DNA from: an archaeon
GTDB taxonomy: Bacteria > Gemmatimonadota > Glassbacteria > GWA2-58-10
Reading direction: 5' to 3'
DNA: 64,000 bases
NCBI GenBank assembly: GCA_035528795.1
Contig: DATKXY010000046.1
Span: 2,499-66,498 of the forward strand
Below the pieces are notes generated by a model that worked only from the letters and a program-made list of their open reading frames with translations, was not told the DNA's origin and ran no database searches. A program made the translations under genes and the position numbers. This document shows, one piece after another, positions 19,753-28,847 of the stretch (the first letter of the stretch is position 1; the number at the start of each line of letters is the position of its first letter).

Positions 19753-19890
19753 AAAAAATAAGGCTTTCCAAACATTTAGTCAAGACTTGCTTTATAATAT
19801 TTTGAACATGTTATAAATTCCGAATTGTGAGTCTCTCCAGTCGAAAAACGTTCTCTATTTTGACTTACCCTGAGGGCATGGAGCTAACCG

Positions 19891-22461
19891 ATGGAAAAAC
19901 TTGGAGTTTACAAATTATTCTTTATAACCGGGGTTTGTTTTATGCTTTGTTCAAGCGTGGATTCAGGTGCTTCACCATCGGGCAAGGTGCTTGAGGTGCT
20001 GCCTCAGCCCGCGGAATTTATCCCCTCCGATCTTTCTTTGGCGGTCACAGAAAATACCATGCTCCTCCTTTGCCAGGGCGCCGGGGAAGAGGATCTATTC
20101 GCGGCACAGGAATTGAACGCCTGGCTTGAGGAGCTGGGGTTTAGCCAGCTCGCGGTAAAAACCCTCGAGGCAGGGGCGCGGGCGCCCTCGGGTTCGATTT
20201 TAGTGGGACCCCCGGTGCCTGGGGGACCTGTAATGGAGTTTCTCGAGCGCCTGGGTGTCAGAGATTCAGATGTTTCCGTGGGAGATGAGGGTTACCTGAT
20301 CGGGGTCGGGGGAGACGGCGCCGGGGTGGCCGCCCGCAGCGCTGCGGGGCGATTCTATGGGCTGATGACTCTGGCCCAGATGTTTTTCACTAGCGGCAGG
20401 CTGACCTGGCTGCAGGGCGGGATCCTGAGCGACCGGCCGGCTCTCGCGCTCCGGGGCATCTCGGATGATATAAGCCGCGGCCAGGTCTCGACCCTCGAGG
20501 ATCTGAAAAAAATCGTGCGCTTTCTCGCCCGTTACAAGATGAATGTCTATATGCCCTATCTGGAAGACATGTTCACTTTTAAGAGCCACTCTGATTTCGG
20601 TGACGGCAGGGGCGCATTGACCCCGCAGGAAGTGCAAGAGCTCGAAAAATTCGCCCGCAGACTCCATGTGCGCATAATTCCCATTTTCCAGACACTCGGC
20701 CACTACGAGAACCTGCTTATCGAGGACAAATACCGTCATATCGCCGAGTTCCCGGGAGCCCATACCCTGAGCCCGGCGGCGGATGATACTTACCGCTTCC
20801 TGCGGGATGTCCTCGGCGAGATCGTGCCTGCTTTCAGTGACCCGTATTTTCACATCGCTTGCGATGAATCCTGGGATGTGGGCCAGGGGAAAAGCAGGGA
20901 GCTCACCCGCAAGCTCGGTGCCAGCGGGGTTCACGCCGCCCATTACCGCAAGGTCTACGACATGGTGACCGGCCTGAGACGCAGGGTGATGATGTACGGG
21001 GATATCATTCTCAACCATCCCGCGATCATGGAAAAGATTCCCAAAGACATAGTGATCGTGGACTGGCACTACAGCGGCACGAGCTATCCGAGTGTGGCAA
21101 AATTCAGGAAAGCGGGGTTCGATGTAGTGGTAAGCCCTTCTGTTCGCAATTACAACCGCCTGTACCCGGACTATGGGTCGGCCCTGTCCAATATAGAAAT
21201 TCTCACCCGCACTGGACTTGAAAACGGGGCCCTGGGTTCAGTCACCTCGAGCTGGTGCGACAACGGGGCGGTAAATTTCAGGCAGCATAATCTCTGGGGC
21301 TACGCTTTCGCTGCTGACTACTCCTGGAATGCACGGGGAAAGGACTGCCTTGCGGTCGAGCGGATTTTCTGGAAGGAGTTTTTCGCAGTCAGTGACCCGG
21401 AGCCTTTTGTCGAGCTGAACCGCCTGCTTGTCTCCACACTCGGCAGGGGATTTACCCTCTATGACTGGTGGAGGCATCCTCTTATGGGGCCGAGTCAGGA
21501 TGGTTCGGTAGGCAAGACCGGCGATCTGTCAAGACGGGGCCGGGAGATTGTGCAGGACTCAAGGGCCGCAAGAGAGATCCTGGCCCAGGCCGGACCTCTT
21601 GTGCGCGCCAACCGCTGGTACCTCGGGATTTTGTCTTATGAGGCGGATGCAGCGGCCTGCCTGGGGCAAAAGTATCTCTGGATGGGAGAGTATGCCGAAA
21701 CAGACGGCTCCGGCGCTCTCGGTTCCGAAAAGGCCCTGAGCCTCGCCCAGGGCGCCGGCGACATGCGCCAGGCTTACTCCCGGCTGAAAGAGCGTTTCAG
21801 CGAACTGTGGCTTGAATACAACAAGCCTGAGGGGCTTGAGAACAACCTCCGGCTTTTCGCCCGCCAGCTAGAGCTCTGGAAAAGGATCGAGAGCGCTTTG
21901 CTGGGCGGAGCGAGACCCTCTGAGACTGAGATTCCCTCAGCCTGGATTGCCCCTCGTGGGAGCGGAGGTTCGCCCACTCTGAAAAAGATGCGCAGCGCTT
22001 TTTTCCGCAAAGAAATTAACATTGATGCCGCAGGCCCGCTGTCTCACGCAGTTATTCAGCTTATGGGCATGAGCCACGCCGAGGCATTCTTGAATGGAAA
22101 GCCGGTCGGAGAGACTATCGGCCGCAGGTCCCTCTCGCTGATAGTCGAGAGCCAGCGCGCCAGGGTATTTGACATCTCGGGCCTGCTCAAGCCGGGAGAG
22201 AACATCCTGGCTGTCAAGGTGACAAACTACGAGGGCAAGGTGCCCGCCCTGAACATTTACGGGGAAATAAACGGCCGAATGGCGCAGGAGATCCTTACCG
22301 GCACATCCTTGCGGGGTATCGAGACAGATTCCGAGCCTGCGGGATGGAAGCAGGCCGGGCCGGCAGCAAGCGAATGGAAGCCCTGCGAAACCTGCGATGT
22401 CGGCCTGCCGGTCTCAGCCCCCATGCTCGATGCCGGGTTCAACAGCCGGATCGAGAGGTAG
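19891..22461 (+). CDS. secreted GH20-family beta-N-acetylhexosaminidase-like protein with C-terminal carbohydrate-binding-like domain
   Basis: signal peptide; GH20 catalytic region with H-x-G-G-D-E-like HIACDE and RIIPIFQTLGHYENL; 856 aa. Confidence 0.7.
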   Translation: MEKLGVYKLFFITGVCFMLCSSVDSGASPSGKVLEVLPQPAEFIPSDLSLAVTENTMLLLCQGAGEEDLFAAQELNAWLEELGFSQLAVKTLEAGARAPSGSILVGPPVPGGPVMEFLERLGVRDSDVSVGDEGYLIGVGGDGAGVAARSAAGRFYGLMTLAQMFFTSGRLTWLQGGILSDRPALALRGISDDISRGQVSTLEDLKKIVRFLARYKMNVYMPYLEDMFTFKSHSDFGDGRGALTPQEVQELEKFARRLHVRIIPIFQTLGHYENLLIEDKYRHIAEFPGAHTLSPAADDTYRFLRDVLGEIVPAFSDPYFHIACDESWDVGQGKSRELTRKLGASGVHAAHYRKVYDMVTGLRRRVMMYGDIILNHPAIMEKIPKDIVIVDWHYSGTSYPSVAKFRKAGFDVVVSPSVRNYNRLYPDYGSALSNIEILTRTGLENGALGSVTSSWCDNGAVNFRQHNLWGYAFAADYSWNARGKDCLAVERIFWKEFFAVSDPEPFVELNRLLVSTLGRGFTLYDWWRHPLMGPSQDGSVGKTGDLSRRGREIVQDSRAAREILAQAGPLVRANRWYLGILSYEADAAACLGQKYLWMGEYAETDGSGALGSEKALSLAQGAGDMRQAYSRLKERFSELWLEYNKPEGLENNLRLFARQLELWKRIESALLGGARPSETEIPSAWIAPRGSGGSPTLKKMRSAFFRKEINIDAAGPLSHAVIQLMGMSHAEAFLNGKPVGETIGRRSLSLIVESQRARVFDISGLLKPGENILAVKVTNYEGKVPALNIYGEINGRMAQEILTGTSLRGIETDSEPAGWKQAGPAASEWKPCETCDVGLPVSAPMLDAGFNSRIER

Positions 22462-22575
22462 GGAACGGAGCTGTCTTTAGGCGAATAGTAGAAGAGAATA
22501 ACAAATAGAAAAGTAAAATTTATGTCAATGCAGCTATTTGTTTCAATTCATCTAGAAAATGATATAACTTTACTT

Positions 22576-22968
22576 TTATTCTTGCTCCTCAAAGGGACCA
22601 ATCAGGCGTTCGGCCAGTTCCATGAACTTTTCTGCGCGTGAAATCTGTTCCATAGCTTCATCTGCACCCAATCCCGGTTTGATGTCATAATCGCCCACAT
22701 TGCGGCTTTCCTGGCCCTCTATCAGAAAACGGTGAAACTCCGGAGGCACTCGGCCTGATTTGGTGAATCGCTTACCGAAATCAGAGATCACGGCTGAGTG
22801 CTTAGAATATGCAAGCCCTTCTCCCAACAACAAGGTTTCAGCAACATAAAACATGGCATAGTAAGCACGTGAAACAGCAAAATCGAAGAAACCCTGGCCT
22901 GAAAGCAATCTGGAAGCCTCCAGGCTGGCCTGCGCTTTTTTGAGAAGTGCTGCCTGTTCGGAAGTCAT
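22576..22968 (-). CDS. HEPN-domain protein (toxin component of HEPN/MNT pair)
   Basis: 130 aa; HEPN fold with R-x4-6-H-like region (RNVGDYD); overlaps MNT gene by 4 nt. Confidence 0.7.
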   Translation of the reverse strand: MTSEQAALLKKAQASLEASRLLSGQGFFDFAVSRAYYAMFYVAETLLLGEGLAYSKHSAVISDFGKRFTKSGRVPPEFHRFLIEGQESRNVGDYDIKPGLGADEAMEQISRAEKFMELAERLIGPFEEQE

Positions 22969-23285
22969 GCAGTTACCCCTTCCCTGCGCACGTTGATTAA
23001 CAGCGGGCTCCGCTCAGTGTTGAAACGTTTCTCGGAGATGAAAGTGCAGGAAATCACCATATCATTTCTCAGTGAAATATCAGCCGCCTTCTCGCCGGTT
23101 CTGGCGATCTCCTTGCCGGGGTTCACTATCCCCTTGAGTACAACTAGTATGTCAATATCCGATCCGGGCACCGCATCATCCCGGACCTGAGAACCGAAAA
23201 GCAATATCTGGATCAGCCGGCCCCCATAAAGTTCTTCGAGATACTCTCGAAACTCGGACACAATGGCCTGAATCTCAGTTTTCAT
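22965..23285 (-). CDS. minimal nucleotidyltransferase (MNT) domain protein (antitoxin/AMPylase partner)
   Basis: 106 aa; GSQVRDDAVPGSDIDILVV = GSxxRG...DxD nucleotidyltransferase motif. Confidence 0.8.
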   Translation of the reverse strand: MKTEIQAIVSEFREYLEELYGGRLIQILLFGSQVRDDAVPGSDIDILVVLKGIVNPGKEIARTGEKAADISLRNDMVISCTFISEKRFNTERSPLLINVRREGVTA

Positions 23286-23659
23286 GACTTTTTCTCCGTT
23301 TTATTCTTTTACCCTTTTATGCCTGGAATTTAAGTTCCCAGTTTATAGCTTTTTGAATCCCACTGCTACGATAATTTTAATCCTTAAAAAAAGATTTTTT
23401 ATTCACTTGATAATAGATCTAGTCGCCTTTTATACATCGACTCAAGATATCCCGGGCAAAAAGGACTTCAGAAGCAAGCATATTTATCTGGTCCTATATT
23501 GTGTGCAATTGCACCCGGATTGGGATCATTATTTAAGTTCAACAGGATTTCTTCATTCCGGTTATTACAGATCCTGGCTGACTATTATTCAAAGTCGATG
23601 GATAAAAAATAATTCAGACCTTTGAAAAAATCTCAGGTAAAAGGATAAAATTCTGTCCG

Positions 23660-23687
23660 ATAGGGGCGGTTTGCGAACCGCCCCTAT
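23660..23687. terminator. perfect 12-bp GC-rich hairpin (ATAGGGGCGGTT-tgcg-AACCGCCCCTAT) in AT-rich spacer; possible terminator or REP-like element
   Basis: exact inverted repeat read directly from sequence; no adjacent T-run, so terminator role uncertain. Confidence 0.35.
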
Positions 23688-23835
23688 GATAATTCATTGA
23701 TTTTTATAGCGTTATAAAGAGCAAGCTGCTTTCTTTGGATAAGATAATAATATTTTTCAAAGGTTCCTAATCCTTCAGACTGAAGAATCCGATTGTCCTG
23801 AAATAAATTGGTCATTGTAAATTGCTTTCTGCAAT

Positions 23836-25533
23836 CTACTGCCCGCCCGCCTTTCCCCTGTATCCGAGCCCGCGCACGAACCGGCCCGGAGTCGCCCCGG
23901 TATGCTCCCCGTTTTTTATCACCTGGACGCCATTGACAAAGACATGCAGCACCCCGGTTGCATACTGCTGCGGCTTTTCGAAAGTTGCGTGGTCCGCGAT
24001 GCTCCGCGGGTCGAACACAACGAGATCGGCAAAGCAGCCTTTCTTGAGCAGGCCGCGGCGCTCGAGGCTGAGATTGGTCGCCGGCAGATAGCTCAGGCGC
24101 CGCACGGCCTCCTCAATTGATAAGATACCCTCCTCGTGAGTGTATTTGGCCAGCACCCGCGCAAAAGAGCCATAGGCCCGCGGGTGAGTGCTCGACTTGA
24201 GGAACACGCCCTCGGGCGCGGAGGACTCTGCATCCGAGCAGAAGCTCACCCAGGGCAGCGAGATTTCCCGGCGGACATTGTCTTCGCTCATCAGAAAATA
24301 CACCGTAAGAACCCGGCTGTCGTCCTCCACCATAAGGTCCATGGCGGTTTCATCCGCGGGCTTGCCGCGCATGGCGGCCGCCTCGGCCAGGGTCTTGCCG
24401 GTCAGAGGCTTGAGCTTTTCGGACTTGAAACCGGTAAGCAGCATGTTTTCCGGACCCGCCAGATAGAAAAAGTTCTCCCAGTCCTCACCCGGCCCGGCCA
24501 TTTCCCGTTTCAGCCTTTCCCGGACAGCAGGGTCTTTGAGTCTTTCGATCCAGACCTGGTGTCCACCCTCCTGGACCCAGGGGGGCATGGCGGCATCCAG
24601 ACCGGTCATGGCGGCTGTGTAGGGATAGATGTCCGCAGTGATCCGCAATCCCTCGGCGCGCGCCGCCTCGATGCGCTGGATCGCCGCCTCGAGCTTGTCC
24701 CAGTTGGGATGCCCGGCGGCCTTGAAGTGGTAGATCTCGGCCGGGACCCGGGCTTTTCGTGAAGTCTCAATCAGCTCGTCAACCGCCTCCAGAAATGAGT
24801 TCCCCTCGCTCCTGAGATGCGAGATATACATGCCGCCGTAAGCACCCGATGCCTGCGCCAGGGCGATAAGCTCCCCGGTGCCGGCATAGAAACCCGGGGC
24901 GTAGATCAGCGCGGAGGCGACCCCGAGCGCGCCCTCCTCCATGGCTTCCCTCACCAGCCCGCACATCCGCTCGAGCTCCTCAGGGGTGGGGGCCCGGTCC
25001 TCGTAACCGAGCACGTAGATGCGGGGCGTGGCCGCGCCTATGAACGAGGCCACATTGGTCGAGATTCCCCGCCGCTCGAGGTATTCCAGATATTCTCCCA
25101 GGGTGGTCCATTCGATATCGTATTTGATATCCGCCTGGCGGTCCACCAGCTCCTGTTTCATTTTCTCGTTCAGCGGGCCCATTGACTCGCCCTCACCCAG
25201 GACCTCCAGGGTCACCCCTTGCCGGATGTCGCTTTGCGAGCGGCCGTCCTCGATCAGCGACTCATTGGCCCAGCTGAGCATATTGATAAATCCGGGGGAG
25301 ACGGCAAGTCCCGCGGCATCGATCTCTGTGCGGCCGCGGGCGGCTCTTGCGAGCGGTCCCAGCGCGGCGATCGAGTCCCCATCGATCGCCACATCTCCTG
25401 CAAAGGCTGGAGAGCCGCTCCCGTCGTAGATTGTGCCATTGCGGATAACCACATCGTATTCCCGGACAGGGGAACATGTCAGACAGAATGTCAGGGCGAT
25501 GATAAAATATAGAAACCGGGCTGGAACTCGCAT
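23836..25533 (-). CDS. N-acyl-D-amino-acid deacylase (D-aminoacylase) family amidohydrolase, secreted
   Basis: signal peptide; YDVVIRNGTIYDGSG...DVAIDGDSIAALG amidohydrolase N-terminal pattern of COG3653 enzymes; 565 aa. Confidence 0.75.
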   Translation of the reverse strand: MRVPARFLYFIIALTFCLTCSPVREYDVVIRNGTIYDGSGSPAFAGDVAIDGDSIAALGPLARAARGRTEIDAAGLAVSPGFINMLSWANESLIEDGRSQSDIRQGVTLEVLGEGESMGPLNEKMKQELVDRQADIKYDIEWTTLGEYLEYLERRGISTNVASFIGAATPRIYVLGYEDRAPTPEELERMCGLVREAMEEGALGVASALIYAPGFYAGTGELIALAQASGAYGGMYISHLRSEGNSFLEAVDELIETSRKARVPAEIYHFKAAGHPNWDKLEAAIQRIEAARAEGLRITADIYPYTAAMTGLDAAMPPWVQEGGHQVWIERLKDPAVRERLKREMAGPGEDWENFFYLAGPENMLLTGFKSEKLKPLTGKTLAEAAAMRGKPADETAMDLMVEDDSRVLTVYFLMSEDNVRREISLPWVSFCSDAESSAPEGVFLKSSTHPRAYGSFARVLAKYTHEEGILSIEEAVRRLSYLPATNLSLERRGLLKKGCFADLVVFDPRSIADHATFEKPQQYATGVLHVFVNGVQVIKNGEHTGATPGRFVRGLGYRGKAGGQ

Positions 25534-25873
25534 CAGGAACGCTCCTTCAGGGGGTAATATCGAATGACAAATACCTGCTTCCGGCAGAAAATGAGGAACG
25601 ACTCATCGGCAGTTCTCAATGGCGGGTTTATCCAATTAATGACATTATAGTTAAAAAAATGTGTAAACCTATATGAAAAAATAAAGTTTTAAAATGCACG
25701 TTTACAAAGCAAAATAATAAATGGTAACAGTTAAAAATGTAATTATTAATTATAAAACAAATCAAATATATGGTTGATAGAAATATTTTAATGAATGACA
25801 TGCTTTTTAGGGCTTTAGTAAATTAGCTAGTAACTCCTTTTTGATGTCCCTCCTTGTAAGTGGGGAGTTTTAC

Positions 25874-27049
25874 TTAAAAAGTAAACTTATTAAGATTAAA
25901 GCACTCTTCACAATTAGTCAATATACAACTATTACCAGAACCTGGTAGATAATGTAATCCTTTTCTATCAATTTTATATACGAAAGAATCTGCGCATACA
26001 CCCTGTAATATATTTATTGACGTATGTTTTTCGGCTTTTATAGAATCTAGAAATAATTCTTCCTGTGCTGATAACAAGAAAGGATTTATTTGCTGAGGTG
26101 ATTTTAACTTGTCTTGGCAATATGCCGAAACATTTGTACAAGCAATACAACAATTTTCAAAATGATTTTGGAAAAATTTAAGCGTGTCTTCACTTGGATG
26201 TTTAGGGTTGTTTGCAGGACAACTTATAGCAGCAAGAAAAGGCCTATAGACAGCAATAATTTTTTCCAAACAGGTTTTAAGGCCTATTTGATAAGCCCCG
26301 TGATGGGATACCTTAAAAAAACATAGTGTATTTAATATTGATTTATTTGTTATACTTAAGCATCGATTTGTAACATTACGCCAATTACGCTGGCCCACAA
26401 GATCTCCAGTGAATAAGAACAAATATTCTATTGAATCGACGTAATATCTAAAAATAAAAACATGGCACAGTGAATTAAACGATTCCCCAGAATCACCTGA
26501 TTTTTTTATTGCAGACCTTAATATAGCCAATGAATCTATTGCATTTGGGGATAATGCCACAAAATCGAGTTTTTTATGTAGATGATCTCGCCATGCAGAT
26601 GGTTTTGTATTTCCTTCAAAATTCATTGTCAATATAGTTGGAATACCATCTGCTTTGTTTTTAACATTTATATTTTTTAACTTATTTAATGATTCTAGTA
26701 TTGATTTTCTTAATGTTTTAAGTGTATCAGGATATAGATATTCTAATACAAAAAACCAATCTCCCGGATCGCCTGGTAAATTCGGAATGACAATATTATC
26801 TATAGTACAATCTTCATTTTCAAGATAATTTGCTAAATCAGGAAGGCCAGATATATGATCATAGTGAAGGTGGGTAATAAAGAGTGTATTTAAGTGCGTT
26901 ATTTTGTTTTTTTTTAAAAATTCTATAGAAGGTACAGATTCACCAATTTTTTTGCAATCAATAAGTGAATAATAACATCCTGAATTATCTTGGGTTTTTA
27001 TTACAACAGAATCTCCCAAGCCTACATTCAATACTATTATTTCAAGCAT
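25874..27049 (-). CDS. metallo-beta-lactamase-fold hydrolase with Cys-rich C-terminal region
   Basis: HxHxDH motif THLHYDHISG; downstream His/Asp ligands; C-terminal 130 aa with about 9 Cys. Confidence 0.65.
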   Translation of the reverse strand: MLEIIVLNVGLGDSVVIKTQDNSGCYYSLIDCKKIGESVPSIEFLKKNKITHLNTLFITHLHYDHISGLPDLANYLENEDCTIDNIVIPNLPGDPGDWFFVLEYLYPDTLKTLRKSILESLNKLKNINVKNKADGIPTILTMNFEGNTKPSAWRDHLHKKLDFVALSPNAIDSLAILRSAIKKSGDSGESFNSLCHVFIFRYYVDSIEYLFLFTGDLVGQRNWRNVTNRCLSITNKSILNTLCFFKVSHHGAYQIGLKTCLEKIIAVYRPFLAAISCPANNPKHPSEDTLKFFQNHFENCCIACTNVSAYCQDKLKSPQQINPFLLSAQEELFLDSIKAEKHTSINILQGVCADSFVYKIDRKGLHYLPGSGNSCILTNCEECFNLNKFTF

Positions 27050-27057
27050 CTTTTCTC

Positions 27058-27645
27058 TTATTTTAAAAATTCTTTAATTAATTTTTGCTCTTCTTCATCC
27101 AAGTGCCCTTGTTTGAAAGGTTTTAAATATAACTTTTTAGAAGATCCTATTTGACGAACTTCAATGTCGATTCTTGAGTAGAGTTTTACAGGAAAAGGGA
27201 TACTGGTTAATGGTTTTTTGATTTGATATTGTTTTCCTTCGACAGAAACATCAATTATTGCTTTTACTGGGTCTCCAGATAAATTCTCCTCAAGTCCAAC
27301 AACCAATGCCGGGTATAAACCAATTACTTCGTCGAGTTGAGCAAGGAGCTCTTTAAGATCATCAGCAACAGTTTTGGCTTTTGGACTTACAATATTAATT
27401 GGATAAACTTGACTAACAAGAGATTTTTGTTCTAATACATCAAATATATCATCACCTCGTACGCTTGCTGTATAAGTTCCAATAGTCATACTGGCTATAG
27501 CAGCACCAGCTGTCCAATCAATTAGTTTTACTCTAAGGTTTTCCAATTTATGTGGTTCTCTATCTGGTATGTTCTCTACTGCGTTTATTTTTTTTTCTTT
27601 CAAGTCTAAATGAGTTTCAGTTAAATCCATTGTATTAATCCTCAT
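27058..27645 (-). CDS. hypothetical protein (island operon, middle gene)
   Basis: 195-aa ORF, 4-nt overlap with upstream gene; no recognised motif. Confidence 0.45.
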   Translation of the reverse strand: MRINTMDLTETHLDLKEKKINAVENIPDREPHKLENLRVKLIDWTAGAAIASMTIGTYTASVRGDDIFDVLEQKSLVSQVYPINIVSPKAKTVADDLKELLAQLDEVIGLYPALVVGLEENLSGDPVKAIIDVSVEGKQYQIKKPLTSIPFPVKLYSRIDIEVRQIGSSKKLYLKPFKQGHLDEEEQKLIKEFLK

Positions 27646-28472
27646 TCGAATTTTATAAAATCTGAAATATTAATAATATTAGAAATTTCAAGAGCCAATT
27701 TATCTATTACAAAATCTGTTCCACCCATTTCTTCTAACGTAGAAGCTTTACTTGGAATAAGTTGATAATCAAACATTGCTCCAGCAATAAAGGCTTTTTC
27801 ATCTTTATGGTTGTCTGGATCGATTAATTTAAAAATAAAGCATATTTCATTGTTTTCTTTATCCTTAGGAAAATAATATCTGTTTTGTGCTATTTTTTCG
27901 GAATTTTTTGCCTGAATATTGCCAGGAAAGGTCGCTTGTTTTCTAAATTTCTCAAGAATCGTCCATTTAACTTCATTTAAAGGAATATAATAATATTCTA
28001 CAAGACCGATAAATCTTGCAGCAGGCAGTCCTTGTGGTAAAAGTCGTTCTATCAATTTTAAAGTAGAAGAGAAATTTTTTAAAGTATCTTTTCTAAAATC
28101 CTTTTTTTCAAAATCCCTTAACTCAGCCTCCCTTATTTTATCATCTAGAAAAATAAATGGAATTAATTTGTTTTCAAATTTATTATCACCATCACTTTCA
28201 TTGTCTGAATCAGGTAAAAGTTTAAATAATGGTTTACTTATTGCCAGTATAGTATTTATAATTAAAAAATTATACGTAAATGTTATTAATATATTTCTTA
28301 TTTTTATTTGCAATTCATTCTTTTTAATAGATATTTTTAAATTTTTGTCATTTGCATCTAAAAATGCATCGGCAATATCGCTAAAAGAATTAGTAACAGT
28401 TAGCCTAGCTTTTTCAAAATGATACCCAAACAACATTGCCACTAAGCAGTCTTTTTTTTCAATCACAGCCAT
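27642..28472 (-). CDS. hypothetical protein with internal hydrophobic helix (island operon, first gene)
   Basis: 276-aa ORF; hydrophobic segment ILITFTYNFLIINTILAI; no recognised family. Confidence 0.45.
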   Translation of the reverse strand: MAVIEKKDCLVAMLFGYHFEKARLTVTNSFSDIADAFLDANDKNLKISIKKNELQIKIRNILITFTYNFLIINTILAISKPLFKLLPDSDNESDGDNKFENKLIPFIFLDDKIREAELRDFEKKDFRKDTLKNFSSTLKLIERLLPQGLPAARFIGLVEYYYIPLNEVKWTILEKFRKQATFPGNIQAKNSEKIAQNRYYFPKDKENNEICFIFKLIDPDNHKDEKAFIAGAMFDYQLIPSKASTLEEMGGTDFVIDKLALEISNIINISDFIKFE

Positions 28473-28847
28473 TTTTATTTGAGAGTTATTGAGTTATAAT
28501 TTTATTAAAAAATAGCTTTACGAATGGGTTTAATAATCAAAAGATTGTAGCATATCATTCGATACCTCTCCTTATCCCAAATCAATACCTCATTTAGGTC
28601 CAAGAAAGTTCTAATTATTTTCTATCGTTTTGAATTCATTATATAATATTAAAACATTGTTGTCCAGAAAGAATTCTAGAGCAATGTTTTTTCTAATCGG
28701 AAAAGGCATTTATTTTTTTTAATCAAAATTGTTTTAATAGATCGCTTTCAGGAAATAATTATTATGTCTTTTTTTGTGTACCTGTCCTTTTTTGTTTTTT
28801 AACTTCTTTTAATTTTTTACGTGTTTTTTATAAATCTTACTTTTTTT

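Larger units (their letters stand above)
25534..28847. mobile_element. AT-rich (horizontally acquired?) island carrying a 3-gene minus-strand operon
   Basis: abrupt drop in GC between flanking high-GC genes (D-aminoacylase, PBP1A); poly-T/A tracts in spacers; no integrase or repeats identified. Confidence 0.35.

Noticed and set aside
23284-23625. 113-aa ORF in the AT-rich spacer upstream of the MNT gene
   Set aside because: It has a Phe/Ile/Leu/Tyr-rich composition expected from random AT-rich DNA, with no SD and no motifs.
24136-24762. 208-aa plus-strand ORF, and several others (24188-24466, 24817-25185, 25019-25429), inside the D-aminoacylase gene
   Set aside because: They lie antisense to a well-supported 565-aa amidohydrolase gene. 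Arg/Gly/Pro-rich low-complexity translations are typical of high-GC antisense frames.
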